45,260 nt of DNA from an uncultured Candidatus Saccharibacteria bacterium (GCA_964624815.1 CAZUZH010000002.1:10049-55308), one strand, 5' to 3'. Shown: positions 16,690 through 25,381, counted from the first letter of the stretch. Notes: generated by a model not told the origin, from the sequence alone. Numbers and translations: made by a program.

Positions 16690-18348
16690 ATGAACTTAGA
16701 AAAATTTTTCAATTCGCAAACAAAAAGTATTGGCTGGGCAGCTGTTTTAATTGGAATCTCTGTTTTAATCAGCCGGCTTTTAGGTTTAATAAGAGACCGG
16801 CTTTTAGCTGGCCAATTTGGAGCAGGGGAGAGCCTTGATGTTTATTTTGCCGCTTTTAGAATTCCTGATTTTGTTTTTGGCATTTTAATTGTCGGAGGTA
16901 TTACAGCTTCTTTTTTGCCGGTCTTTGCAGAATATTTTAACAAAGACCGAGAAAAAGCATGGCAATTAACAAGTAATGTTTTAAATTCTTTCTTAATTCT
17001 CTTGATTTTGACCTGCGGAGTATTGGCGATTTTTACACCCCAGCTTATTAAAATTATTGCCCCTGGTTTTAATCAAGCTAATAAAGCTTTAACAGTTGGT
17101 CTAACCCGAATAATGTTTTTAAGCCCGGTCTTGTTTGGTCTTTCCAGCATCTTTTCCAGCATATTGCATTATTTCAACAGATTCTTGGCTTACAGCTTGG
17201 CACCGATTTTATACAATCTCGGCATTATTATCGGGATTTTGTTTTTTGTTCCTATTTTTGGAATCTTTGGCTTGGCTTACGGAGTAATTTTAGGCGCTTT
17301 AATGCATTTGTTAATTCAGGTGCCGGCCGCGATTAATTCCGGCTTTATATACAAAACCATTTTTAATTTAAAAATGCCTGGTTTAAAAAAGATATTTGTT
17401 CTAATGGTTCCCAGAACAATCAGCCAAGCATCTTACCATGTTAATCTCGTGGTAATTACTGCCATTGCTTCAACTTTAAGCATTGGCAGTATTTCTATTT
17501 TTAATTTTTCTAATAATCTTCAGTGGTTTCCAATTGGCCTGATTGGCGTTTCTTTTGCAATTGCTTCATTTCCTATTCTTTCTAAAACTTGGGCTAACGG
17601 ACAAAAAAAAGAATTTTTAAATAATTTTTCAGCAACTTTTAGAAAAATCCTTTTCTTTATAATCCCAGCTAGTGTTTTAATTTTTTTATTACGGGCCCAG
17701 CTAGTTCGTTTAGTTTTGGGGACTGGTAAATTCGGTTGGCGGGAGACAAGGTTGACCGCTGCCTCTCTCGGGTTTTTTTCTTTGGGTATTTTTGCTGCTG
17801 CCTTAATACCTCTTTTAGCCAGAGCCTTTTTCTCTTTTCAGGATACCAAAACGCCAACTATTATTAGTATAAGTTCAATGGTTTTAAATATTGTTTTAGC
17901 TTTTTTCTTTGTTTGGCTCTTTAGTTTTAGTAATATTTTTCAAAAATTTGCCGTAGAATTACTAAAACTTAAATCTATTTTTGACATTCGAGTTGTTGGT
18001 CTTGCCTTGGCTTTATCTTTGTCCGCTATATTCCAATTCATTCTGCTTTATTTAATTTTGAAAAAGAAAATACAAGAGTTTTGGCCCGGCAAAGAAATAT
18101 GCCAGTCTTTGAAGAAAATAATTATTGCTTCTATTTTAATGGGAATTTTTGCTTATTTAATCCGTCAGTTCATTGCTCCATTTGTGAATATGCAGACTTT
18201 TAGCGGGGTTTTTATCCAAACAGCAATCGCTGGTATCGTTGGCGTTGCTGTTTATCTTGTTTTAGCTCATTTTTTGGGTTTATCAGAAGTTAAATCTATT
18301 AAGCGTATCCTTCTGGGCAACTTTTATGGAACAAGAAAAAATCCGTAA
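16690..18348 (+). CDS. murJ: lipid II flippase MurJ (MviN family)
   Basis: 552-aa polytopic ORF with the N-terminal SRLLGLIRDRLLAGQFGAG..FRIPDF signature. Confidence 0.85.
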   Translation: MNLEKFFNSQTKSIGWAAVLIGISVLISRLLGLIRDRLLAGQFGAGESLDVYFAAFRIPDFVFGILIVGGITASFLPVFAEYFNKDREKAWQLTSNVLNSFLILLILTCGVLAIFTPQLIKIIAPGFNQANKALTVGLTRIMFLSPVLFGLSSIFSSILHYFNRFLAYSLAPILYNLGIIIGILFFVPIFGIFGLAYGVILGALMHLLIQVPAAINSGFIYKTIFNLKMPGLKKIFVLMVPRTISQASYHVNLVVITAIASTLSIGSISIFNFSNNLQWFPIGLIGVSFAIASFPILSKTWANGQKKEFLNNFSATFRKILFFIIPASVLIFLLRAQLVRLVLGTGKFGWRETRLTAASLGFFSLGIFAAALIPLLARAFFSFQDTKTPTIISISSMVLNIVLAFFFVWLFSFSNIFQKFAVELLKLKSIFDIRVVGLALALSLSAIFQFILLYLILKKKIQEFWPGKEICQSLKKIIIASILMGIFAYLIRQFIAPFVNMQTFSGVFIQTAIAGIVGVAVYLVLAHFLGLSEVKSIKRILLGNFYGTRKNP

Positions 18349-20113
18349 TTTCTCAATTATAAGCCATATTGATGCAGGGAAGTCAACCTTGGCTGACCGT
18401 TTTTTGGAATTAACTGGTACAGTTGAAAAGAAAAAAATGCATGCTCAATATCTGGATATGATGGACTTGGAGCAGGAAAAGGGGATTACTATCAAACTCC
18501 AACCCGTTAGAATGGAATACAATGATTATGTTTTAAATCTAATTGACACGCCAGGCCATGTGGATTTTTCTTATGAAGTTTCGCGGAGTTTGGCTGCTGT
18601 TGAGGGGGCGGTTCTTTTGGTTGACGCCAGTCAGGGAGTTCAAGCCCAAACTTTGGCTAATTTGCATTTGGCTTTGGAGCAGAATTTAAAAATTATCCCG
18701 GTTATTAATAAAATTGACTTAGCAACTGCCCAAGTTGATGAAACCGAAAAAGAAATAAGGGATATTCTCCACGATAACGGAGTTCTACTCAAAGTTTCAG
18801 CCAAAACAGGAGAAAATGTTGAAAAAGTTTTGGGGCAAATAATTAAGAAAATTCCTTCACCTTCTGGCATGTTAGATTCTCCTTTTCGAGCTCTAATTTT
18901 TGATTCAATTTATGATCTTTATAAAGGAGTTATTCTTTTTGTAAGAGTAGTTGATGGAAAGATTAAAAAGGGAGATGAAATTTTGGCAATAGCTTCAAAA
19001 GCCAAATCAGAAGTTTTACAAGTAGGCGTTTTCAACCCCCAATTATTTAAAAAAGAGGCTTTACAGGCAGGCGAAATTGGTTATGTTGCTACTGGCTTGA
19101 AAGATGTGAGTTTGTGCCGCGTTGGGGACACTATTACAACTTCAAATGTCCACGCTTTGCCTGGGTACAAAGAACCACAACCAATGGTATGGGCTAGTTT
19201 ATACACATCCAAGGATGCTGATTTTAACAAATTAAAAGATTCACTAAATAAATTAAAACTAAACGATGCTTCTTTAATTTTTGAAGTTGAGAGCTCTTCT
19301 GCCTTAGGCATGGGATTTAAAACAGGTTTTTTAGGAATGCTTCACATGGAAATTGTGGTTGAAAGATTAAAAAGAGAATATAATATAGAATTGATAATAA
19401 CCAGTCCAAATGTTGTCTATAAACTAAAGGGAAGGGGAAAAAAAGAAAAAGAAATTTATAAAGCTGAGGATCTATTGGACAAAAACCTATTTGAATGGAT
19501 TAAAGAACCATGGACAAAGATAGAAGTCGTTACTCCGAACAAATATCTTGGTTCAATAATGAAACTTTTAGAACAAATAGGAGGTGTTTACAAAAACACA
19601 CGGGTTTTAGGCGTTGACAGAACGGTAATAGAATACCAGGCCCCATTAAGAGAAATTATAATAAAAAAACCAAATCAGACAGGTCCTTTTTACGATTTAT
19701 TAAAAAATGTTAGTTCTGGATTTGCCTCAATGAATTACGAAGTTTCAGGTTGGCAGAAAGCTGATTTAATAAAGCTTGATATTCTTGTGGCTGGAGAAAA
19801 AGTTGAAGCTTTTTCCAAAATTATTCCAAAAGATAGAGCACAAGAAGAAGGAAGAGCGTTAGTTAAAAAATTAAAGTATATTATTCCGCCACAGCTTTTT
19901 ACTGTTGCCTTACAAGCAGTAATTGGCGGAAAAATAATTGCCAGGGAGAATATTTGCGCCAAAAGAAAAGATGTTACTGGTCATTTATACGGCGGAGATT
20001 ATACTCGCAAAAGAAAACTTTTGGAAAAACAGAAAAAAGGCAAAAAGAAATTAAAAAGCCTCGGCAAAGTCAATATCCCTGCTGAGGCATTTCTCAGGGT
20101 GTTTAGGAAATAA
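18326..20113 (+). CDS. lepA: elongation factor 4 (LepA)
   Basis: IRNFSIISHIDAGKSTLADR, DTPGHVDF and NKIDL GTPase motifs, with a LepA-type C-terminus. Confidence 0.95.
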   Translation: MEQEKIRNFSIISHIDAGKSTLADRFLELTGTVEKKKMHAQYLDMMDLEQEKGITIKLQPVRMEYNDYVLNLIDTPGHVDFSYEVSRSLAAVEGAVLLVDASQGVQAQTLANLHLALEQNLKIIPVINKIDLATAQVDETEKEIRDILHDNGVLLKVSAKTGENVEKVLGQIIKKIPSPSGMLDSPFRALIFDSIYDLYKGVILFVRVVDGKIKKGDEILAIASKAKSEVLQVGVFNPQLFKKEALQAGEIGYVATGLKDVSLCRVGDTITTSNVHALPGYKEPQPMVWASLYTSKDADFNKLKDSLNKLKLNDASLIFEVESSSALGMGFKTGFLGMLHMEIVVERLKREYNIELIITSPNVVYKLKGRGKKEKEIYKAEDLLDKNLFEWIKEPWTKIEVVTPNKYLGSIMKLLEQIGGVYKNTRVLGVDRTVIEYQAPLREIIIKKPNQTGPFYDLLKNVSSGFASMNYEVSGWQKADLIKLDILVAGEKVEAFSKIIPKDRAQEEGRALVKKLKYIIPPQLFTVALQAVIGGKIIARENICAKRKDVTGHLYGGDYTRKRKLLEKQKKGKKKLKSLGKVNIPAEAFLRVFRK

Positions 20114-20294
20114 TTAAAACATTGCAAAAAGGAAGGGATTTTCTTATTATCTGAAGAGAGGAGCCAAAGAGAGAACAAGCATACTAACAACAACCATAGA
20201 GATTAAAACAATCCAGATAATTTTTGCGATTTTCTTTGGGTTGAATTTTGACATATTTTTAGATACCAATATCTATTATACAATATCCAATTTA

Positions 20295-20684
20295 ATGATA
20301 GCAAAACTTAAGAAAATTAAAAAGAGGAAAAAATCAGGAAGATTATTTTTTTATATTTTTTTATTAGTTTTAACAATTTTTTCAATAACTACTTTTTCTG
20401 TTTCTAATTGGAAAATCCGGAAAAAGCGTTCAGATATTAAAAAACAAATGGAGCAATTAAAAGAAGAGGTTGAGAGAATTGAAAAAAGAAATCAGGAGCT
20501 TCGCGCAGGAGTTTCCCAAGCCTTAACAGAGGTTTCTTTAGAAAGAGAAGCCAGGGAGAAATTTAATTTAAAGAAGCCAGAGGAGCAAGTTGTTACAGTT
20601 TTACCGCCAGAAGAGGAATTGGGAGAAGTAGAAGAAAAAAAAGGTTTTTGGAAGAAGATCTGGGAGAAAATACGATTTTGGTAA
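20295..20684 (+). CDS. FtsB/DivIC-like septum formation initiator
   Basis: Short basic N-terminus, one TM, then a coiled coil (QMEQLKEEVERIEKRNQELR). I prefer the ATG at 20295 over the TTG at 20241. Confidence 0.6.
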   Translation: MIAKLKKIKKRKKSGRLFFYIFLLVLTIFSITTFSVSNWKIRKKRSDIKKQMEQLKEEVERIEKRNQELRAGVSQALTEVSLEREAREKFNLKKPEEQVVTVLPPEEELGEVEEKKGFWKKIWEKIRFW

Positions 20685-20690
20685 TTTTCT

Positions 20691-20740
20691 ACGATGGCAG
20701 TTCAGTGGTAGAACGTCTGCTTCCAAATCCACGCAGCAAA
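20691..20740 (+). pseudogene. truncated tRNA-like 5' portion (acceptor, D-arm GTTC/GAAC, loop TTCCAAA)
   Basis: It has a D-arm and an anticodon-loop-like segment with CCA. There is no proper anticodon stem closure, no T-arm and no 3' acceptor before tRNA-Gly starts. Confidence 0.4.
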
Positions 20741-20744
20741 TTCT

Positions 20745-20815
20745 GCGAGAGTAGTTTAGTGGTAAAACAGTTCCTTCCCAAGGAACAAACGGGGGTTCGA
20801 TTCCCCTCTCTCGCT
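20745..20815 (+). tRNA. tRNA-Gly (CCC)
   Basis: Manual cloverleaf: acceptor GCGAGAG/CTCTCGC, D GTTT/AAAC, anticodon stem GTTCC/GGAAC with loop TTCCCAA, and T arm GGGGG-TTCGATT-CCCCT. Confidence 0.9.
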
Positions 20816-20828
20816 TTTAATAATTTTG

Positions 20829-20874
20829 CTACGGGGCAAGAAGAAGATCACGGATTCGAGTCCGGTCCGCCGCT
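20829..20874 (+). pseudogene. degenerate tRNA-like 3' portion (GGATTCGAGTCC T-loop-like, then CCGCCGC)
   Basis: T-loop-like motif with an imperfect stem. No upstream partner arms. Confidence 0.3.
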
Positions 20875-20887
20875 TATAAAAAAAACA

Positions 20888-20925
20888 CCCTGTTTTGGTT
20901 TGTCCAAAACAGGGCTTTTGTTTTT
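20888..20925 (+). terminator. intrinsic terminator of the tRNA cluster
   Basis: ccctgttttgg / ccaaaacaggg (11 bp) followed by CTTTTGTTTTT. Confidence 0.7.
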
Positions 20926-21067
20926 ATTTTCTCCACATAGGTATTAAATGACTCCATGGGTTTTCGAGATTTGGGTTTGGTCCGACAGAGAGACTTCCTT
21001 TTTCTAATTTCGTAGGTTCTGGATCGGTGCGAGGAGTGATTTTTTTATTTTCTTCACCCTTCTCCAT
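20924..21067 (-). CDS. 47-aa micro-ORF (MEKGEENKKITPRTDPEPTKLEKGS...)
   Basis: ATG preceded by AAAGGAG. It is third in a minus-strand string of small ORFs. Confidence 0.25.
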   Translation of the reverse strand: MEKGEENKKITPRTDPEPTKLEKGSLSVGPNPNLENPWSHLIPMWRK

Positions 21068-21079
21068 TTTTTCTCCTTT

Positions 21080-21250
21080 TTATTCCGTTAATATTCTGTC
21101 TATTGCTATAACACCAGCAATGATTCCAGAAATCATTAGTCCGATAAAAGAGAAACAAAAAACAAATAAAGAAAAAATTTTAAAGTCCCATTCTCCTAAA
21201 TCAAACAAACTTTCATGAATCCGCTTACATATCAGTCGCCAAACTTTCAC
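21080..21250 (-). CDS. 56-aa small membrane protein candidate
   Basis: GTG start 4 nt after GGAGG. One long hydrophobic segment (FKIFSLFVFCFSFIGLMISGIIAGVIAI). Confidence 0.3.
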   Translation of the reverse strand: MKVWRLICKRIHESLFDLGEWDFKIFSLFVFCFSFIGLMISGIIAGVIAIDRILTE

Positions 21251-21285
21251 ACTTGCCTCCGGAAATTAGTTTGATGATTATTTTT

Positions 21286-21393
21286 TTAATTCTTTGTTAC
21301 GGGGTGGTTATTTAGGATTCTTCTTTTAGCTCCTTTTCTTGCTTGCGTATTTTTCTTATTTGGTTTTTTTGTCCTAATTGCCCTTTTGTCCAT
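21286..21393 (-). CDS. 35-aa basic micro-ORF (MDKRAIRTKKPNKKNTQARKGAKRRILNNHPVTKN)
   Basis: ATG preceded by AAGGAGGT. A candidate minus-strand promoter (TTGATC-17-TATATT) lies upstream at about 21440-21475. Confidence 0.3.
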   Translation of the reverse strand: MDKRAIRTKKPNKKNTQARKGAKRRILNNHPVTKN

Positions 21394-21792
21394 TTTACCT
21401 CCTTTTTTTATTTAATAACGAAAGAAAGATCTATTGTAAATATAATCTATTTTTGAAATTTGATCAAGGATATTAACAAATCGGTTGGTGTTAGACCGTT
21501 CTTCCCTGTTAGAACTTATTCTCCAGCCTTCTTTCAGGTCTTTGACAGGTATTAAGTCCAAAACACAGAGAGCGATATATCAAACCAAGATTAGCTTGGT
21601 TATTTTTCTTTATTCAATTCTATTTGTTCAGGTTTTTTCTCTTTCACTCTCTTTATCCTTATAGTTTGTTGTTAAGGGGCAGTTTTTTCTTATTTCCTCA
21701 AAACATTATTTCTCTAAGGGAAACTAATTAAATTGTAGCTAATGTTCTTAAGCTTGTAAGGCAAGAATGGTTATGGTAAGATTTAAACATAG

Positions 21793-21863
21793 GCCGAAAT
21801 AGTTCAGTGGCAGAACACTACTTTCGTAAAGTAGGAACGTGGGTTCGATTCCCACCTTCGGCT
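21793..21863 (+). tRNA. tRNA-Thr (CGU)
   Basis: Manual cloverleaf: acceptor GCCGAAA/CTTCGGC (one A-C mismatch), D GTTC/GAAC, anticodon stem CTACT/AGTAG with loop TTCGTAA, and T arm GTGGG-TTCGATT-CCCAC. Confidence 0.85.
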
Positions 21864-21870
21864 CAAGCAA

Positions 21871-21920
21871 GTGGCGGGCTGGCAAAGGGTAGGTCTTCTG
21901 AGTTCAACTCTCACCATCGG
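21871..21920 (+). pseudogene. tRNA-like fragment (T-loop-like TGAG-TTCAACT-CTCA then CCATCGG)
   Basis: Only a T-arm-like hairpin and flanks are present; no foldable cloverleaf. Confidence 0.3.
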
Positions 21921-21963
21921 ATCAGTGGCTTTTAGTAAAAAAATAAGTTAAACTAAGAATATT

Positions 21964-23071
21964 ATGAAGGAAATGACAGAAAAAATCAAATATTTACAAA
22001 ATAGACTCCTCAAAATTGAGGACTGTCTTTGAATTAGACGACAAACAGAAAAAATTAAAGGAATTGGAAAAGGAGGTCCAGAAGCCGAATTTTTGGGATG
22101 ATAAAGAAAAAGCTTCTGGAATAACACAGAAATTGAGTGATATAAAAGAAAATTTAGAAAAATTTGACAAGCTCAAACAGGAATTAAAAGATTTAAAAGA
22201 GATCAGCATCTTATCAGAAAAAGATGAAAAATTAGAAGAGGAATTAGAGAAAAAAGAGAAGGACTTAGAAAAGAAAATAGAAAAAGAAGAATTTCGGATT
22301 TTTCTTTCAGGAAAATATGATAAAGCATCAGCATTGATTACTATTTATTCTGGAGCAGGCGGAGTTGATGCTCAGGACTGGACAACAATGCTTCTGCGCA
22401 TGTATGAAAGGTACTGTCAGGAGCAGGGTTTTAAAACAAAGATTCTTCATCAGTCTTTTGGCGAGCCGGGCGGTCCGGATGGAAGAATTGGAATAAAGCA
22501 GGCAACTTTTGAGGCTAATGGTATGTATGCATATGGCTTTTTAAAAAAAGAATCAGGTATTCATAGGTTGGTCAGGATTTCTCCTTTTTCCAGCCAGAAA
22601 CTGCGGCATACATCGTTTGCTTTAGTAGAAGTTCTTCCTATTTTACCAAGGGAAATTGAAAAAGAAATTAAAATTGATTCCAAAGATTTAAAAATAGACA
22701 CTTTTCGGGCTTCTGGTCCTGGCGGTCAATATGTAAATAAGAGAGAGTCTGCAATAAGAATCACCCACTTGCCAACAGGCATTGTAGTAGCTTGTCAGGC
22801 GGAAAGGCTTCAGGGATTGAACAAGGAAAAAGCAATGAAAATGCTTTATGCCAAGATTTATCAAAAAAAATTAGAGGAACAGAAAAAAACCGTTTCAAAG
22901 ATAAAAGGAGAAACAGTTTCAGTTGGCTGGGGAAATCAAATCAGGTCGTATGTGCTTCATCCTTACAAGATGGTTAAAGATCTCCGCACCAAGGTTGAGA
23001 CTTCGGATGTGGAGGCGGTCTTGGATGGTGAATTAGACGAATTTATAGAAGCAGAGATTAAGCTTAAATAA
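21964..23071 (+). CDS. prfB: peptide chain release factor 2, expressed via programmed +1 frameshift (21964..22029 joined to 22031..23071)
   Basis: Frame 0 is MKEMTEKIKYLQNRLLKIEDCL, then in-frame TGA. The +1 frame continues ELDDKQKK... and carries SPF and GGQ motifs. Confidence 0.9.
22018..22033 (+). promoter_or_regulatory. prfB frameshift site: SD-like GAGG, then CTT TGA A
   Basis: Classic CUU-UGA slippery/stop context with an upstream internal SD-like element. Confidence 0.85.
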
Positions 23072-23085
23072 TCGCAATTCGTAGG

Positions 23086-23781
23086 ATGATAAAATTTCAG
23101 AATATTACTAAAACATATCCTGAACACTCGGATAGCGGAGATATAATTGCTTTAGACAATGTTTCTTTTGATATCCAGGAAAAAGAATTTGTTTCTGTTG
23201 TCGGCCGGTCAGGAGCTGGAAAGACAACTCTGCTTAAGCTTCTTTTGGTTCAGGAGCATCCTACCAAAGGCAGGATTTTTTTTGAAGAAACTGATATTCA
23301 TAGAATAAAATCAAGATATTTGCCTGATTTCCGTAAGGAAATTGGAGCAATTTTTCAGGACTATAAACTTCTTTCATCTAAGACTGTTTATGAAAATATC
23401 GCATATATAATGGAAGTAATGTGCGCCAGACCAGAGGATATTTGTCGTGATGTTAAACAGGTTTTAGAGATTGTACGTATGAATGATCGTTCTGATAATT
23501 TCCCGGAAGAGCTTTCCGGCGGAGAAAAGCAGAGGGTGGCAATTGCGAGAGCCTTGATTCACAGACCTAAACTAATTATAGCTGACGAGCCGACGGGCAA
23601 TTTAGATCCTTATCACACTCAGGACATTATTAAACTTTTATTAAAGATTCATGGGTTGGGAACAACAATTATTCTTGCTACCCATGATAAAAATATAATT
23701 AATAATTTAGGAAAAAGAGTAGTAACCCTGGATGAAGGGAAAGTGATAAGAGATGAGGAAGAAGGGAAGTTTATACTGTAA
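23086..23781 (+). CDS. ftsE: cell division ABC ATPase FtsE
   Basis: Walker A GRSGAGKTT, signature LSGGEKQRVAIARAL and Walker B LIIADEPTGNLD, followed by ftsX. Confidence 0.9.
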   Translation: MIKFQNITKTYPEHSDSGDIIALDNVSFDIQEKEFVSVVGRSGAGKTTLLKLLLVQEHPTKGRIFFEETDIHRIKSRYLPDFRKEIGAIFQDYKLLSSKTVYENIAYIMEVMCARPEDICRDVKQVLEIVRMNDRSDNFPEELSGGEKQRVAIARALIHRPKLIIADEPTGNLDPYHTQDIIKLLLKIHGLGTTIILATHDKNIINNLGKRVVTLDEGKVIRDEEEGKFIL

Positions 23782-23970
23782 TTATTCTAATTATTCTAAT
23801 TAACCTAATTGACCTAATCAATAGCCAAATCCCAATACCCAATGGCTAAAAACTATTTAGACATTAGACATTTAATCATTGGGATTCTTACCCCGTTAGA
23901 AAATCAAAGATTTCTAACGGGGTGAAATTAGACTAATTAGAATAATTAGGTTAATTGGTCATTTTCTTTC
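23782..23970. repeat. AT-rich word-repeat spacer with a CCCCGTTAGA/TCTAACGGGG hairpin at its centre (23890-23923)
   Basis: Arms are built from TAATTATTCTAATTAACCTAATT words and complements. The central hairpin is a 13-bp perfect palindrome. Confidence 0.7.
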
Positions 23971-24879
23971 ATGTCTATTTCGTTTAATCGCATTCTCAAA
24001 TCCGGATGGAGAAATTTCTCCCGCAATAATGGTTTCACTTGGGCAACAGTTTTTATTCTTATAATAACCATTTCTTTAGTTACCGGGCTTTTTCTTTTCA
24101 GAAAATCAAGCAATTCTCTGGTTGAATCTTTAAAGGAAAGAGTTGATATCAGCGTTTATTTTAAAAAAGACACTGAGGAGGAGGATATTTACTTTGTAAA
24201 GGATAATCTTGAAGATTTAGCCGAGGTTAAAAAGGTTGAATATATTTCCAGAAATGACGCTTTGGATAATTTTACGGAGAGATACAAAGACGATCTTTTG
24301 ATAATGGAATCCCTAGCTGAGGTAGGGGATAATCCCTTGACGGCTCATTTGAATGTAAAAGCTTGGCAGGCTTCCCAATATGAAGCAGTAGCTAATTTTT
24401 TGGAAAATAGCCCTTTCAAAAAATCAATCAGCAAGGTCGCCTATCATCAGAGAAAGGACGCGATTGACAGATTATTTTCTCTGACATCAAACATAAATAC
24501 AGGAGCAATTCTTCTTATTTTGATTTTTGCGCTCCTGGCGGTTCTGTTGGTTTTTAATACTGTGCGTTTAGCTATTTCCAACTCTAAAGAAGAAATCTCT
24601 ATAATGCGCTTGGTCGGCGCTTCCAACTGGTTTATCAAGGGACCCTTTCTCGTTCAGGCAGTAGTTGCCGGCTTGATTGCCAGCCTGGTGAGCCTTTTGA
24701 TTTTTATTCCTCTTTGCGCTATAATTGGCCCGAGATTAGGAGTTTTATCTCCAAGCCTGAATATTTTTATCTATTTGAAGAGCAGTTTCTTTATTATTAT
24801 TTTGATTCAATTATTGACCGGAATTGGTCTTAGTATTTTTTCCAGCTTGATTGCAATGAGAAAGTATTTGAAGGTTTAA
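23971..24879 (+). CDS. ftsX: cell division permease-like protein FtsX
   Basis: 302-aa ORF after ftsE with an N-terminal TM, a periplasmic domain and three C-terminal TMs. Confidence 0.85.
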   Translation: MSISFNRILKSGWRNFSRNNGFTWATVFILIITISLVTGLFLFRKSSNSLVESLKERVDISVYFKKDTEEEDIYFVKDNLEDLAEVKKVEYISRNDALDNFTERYKDDLLIMESLAEVGDNPLTAHLNVKAWQASQYEAVANFLENSPFKKSISKVAYHQRKDAIDRLFSLTSNINTGAILLILIFALLAVLLVFNTVRLAISNSKEEISIMRLVGASNWFIKGPFLVQAVVAGLIASLVSLLIFIPLCAIIGPRLGVLSPSLNIFIYLKSSFFIIILIQLLTGIGLSIFSSLIAMRKYLKV

Positions 24880-24880
24880 T

Positions 24881-24901
24881 TGCCGGGTCGTCTAATGGTA
24901 G
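24881..24901 (+). pseudogene. tRNA 5' fragment (acceptor plus D-arm start), 18/21 identical to the tRNA-Gln 5' end
   Basis: tgccgggtcgtctaatggtag versus tgccgggtggtgcaatggtag at 25309. No anticodon or T arm follows. Confidence 0.6.
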
Positions 24902-25302
24902 AAAAGATATTCGAAAAACAACCTTATTCAAAAATAAGAAATGATTCGAACTGTGTTAAAATAAGTATTTATCAAAAGAACATAAGCAAAAGGTTGGGTA
25001 TTCCAACAGGAGATAGGAAAGATATCGTTGTAAAAATACCTAAGTGGATTCGGAGCAACAAAAATTATCTTAAAAGATATCTTAGAGGATTGTATGAGGC
25101 GGAGGGTTGTTTTTGTGTTCATAAGCCAACCTATACCCATAAATTTTTATTTAGTAATAGAAATAAATCACTCCTTGATAATGTTTATAATGGATTAAAG
25201 ACCTTAGGGTTTCATCCTCATAGAAGCAAGCATCAAATTCAAATTTCGAAGAAAGAAGAGGTTTATAAAGCAAAATCTGTACTACAGTTTAGAGAATATT
25301 AG
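24895..25302 (+). CDS. LAGLIDADG homing endonuclease, apparently N-terminally truncated
   Basis: Only one LAGLIDADG-type motif (YLRGLYEAEGCF), preceded by the tail of what looks like a first domain. It is wedged between a tRNA fragment and intact tRNA-Gln. Confidence 0.65.
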   Translation: MVEKIFEKQPYSKIRNDSNCVKISIYQKNISKRLGIPTGDRKDIVVKIPKWIRSNKNYLKRYLRGLYEAEGCFCVHKPTYTHKFLFSNRNKSLLDNVYNGLKTLGFHPHRSKHQIQISKKEEVYKAKSVLQFREY

Positions 25303-25308
25303 TCATTT

Positions 25309-25381
25309 TGCCGGGTGGTGCAATGGTAGTTCACACCACGCTCTGGACGTGGAAATCTAGGTTCGAATCCTAGCCCGGCAG
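25309..25381 (+). tRNA. tRNA-Gln (CUG)
   Basis: Acceptor TGCCGGG/CCCGGCA with U1-A72, which is typical of bacterial tRNA-Gln. Anticodon stem CCACG/CGTGG with loop CTCTGGA, T arm CTAGG-TTCGAAT-CCTAG. The D stem is weak. Confidence 0.85.

Noticed and set aside
20147-20254. 35-aa basic-plus-TM micro-ORF on the minus strand between lepA and the FtsB-like gene
   Set aside because: It has no SD and no room for a promoter, and it would crowd the FtsB-like start. It is plausible as a peptide, but support is insufficient.
20648-20947. 99-aa ORF spanning the tRNA-Gly locus
   Set aside because: It reads straight through an intact tRNA gene, tRNA fragments and a terminator hairpin, so it is an artefact.
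20691-21920. Genuine split or permuted tRNA genes, as known in some archaea
   Set aside because: The anticodon stems do not close and the T-arms are imperfect. The flanks that would have to anneal share only about 4 bp. The complementary acceptor strands are more simply explained as scars. I kept this only as a low-probability alternative in the findings.
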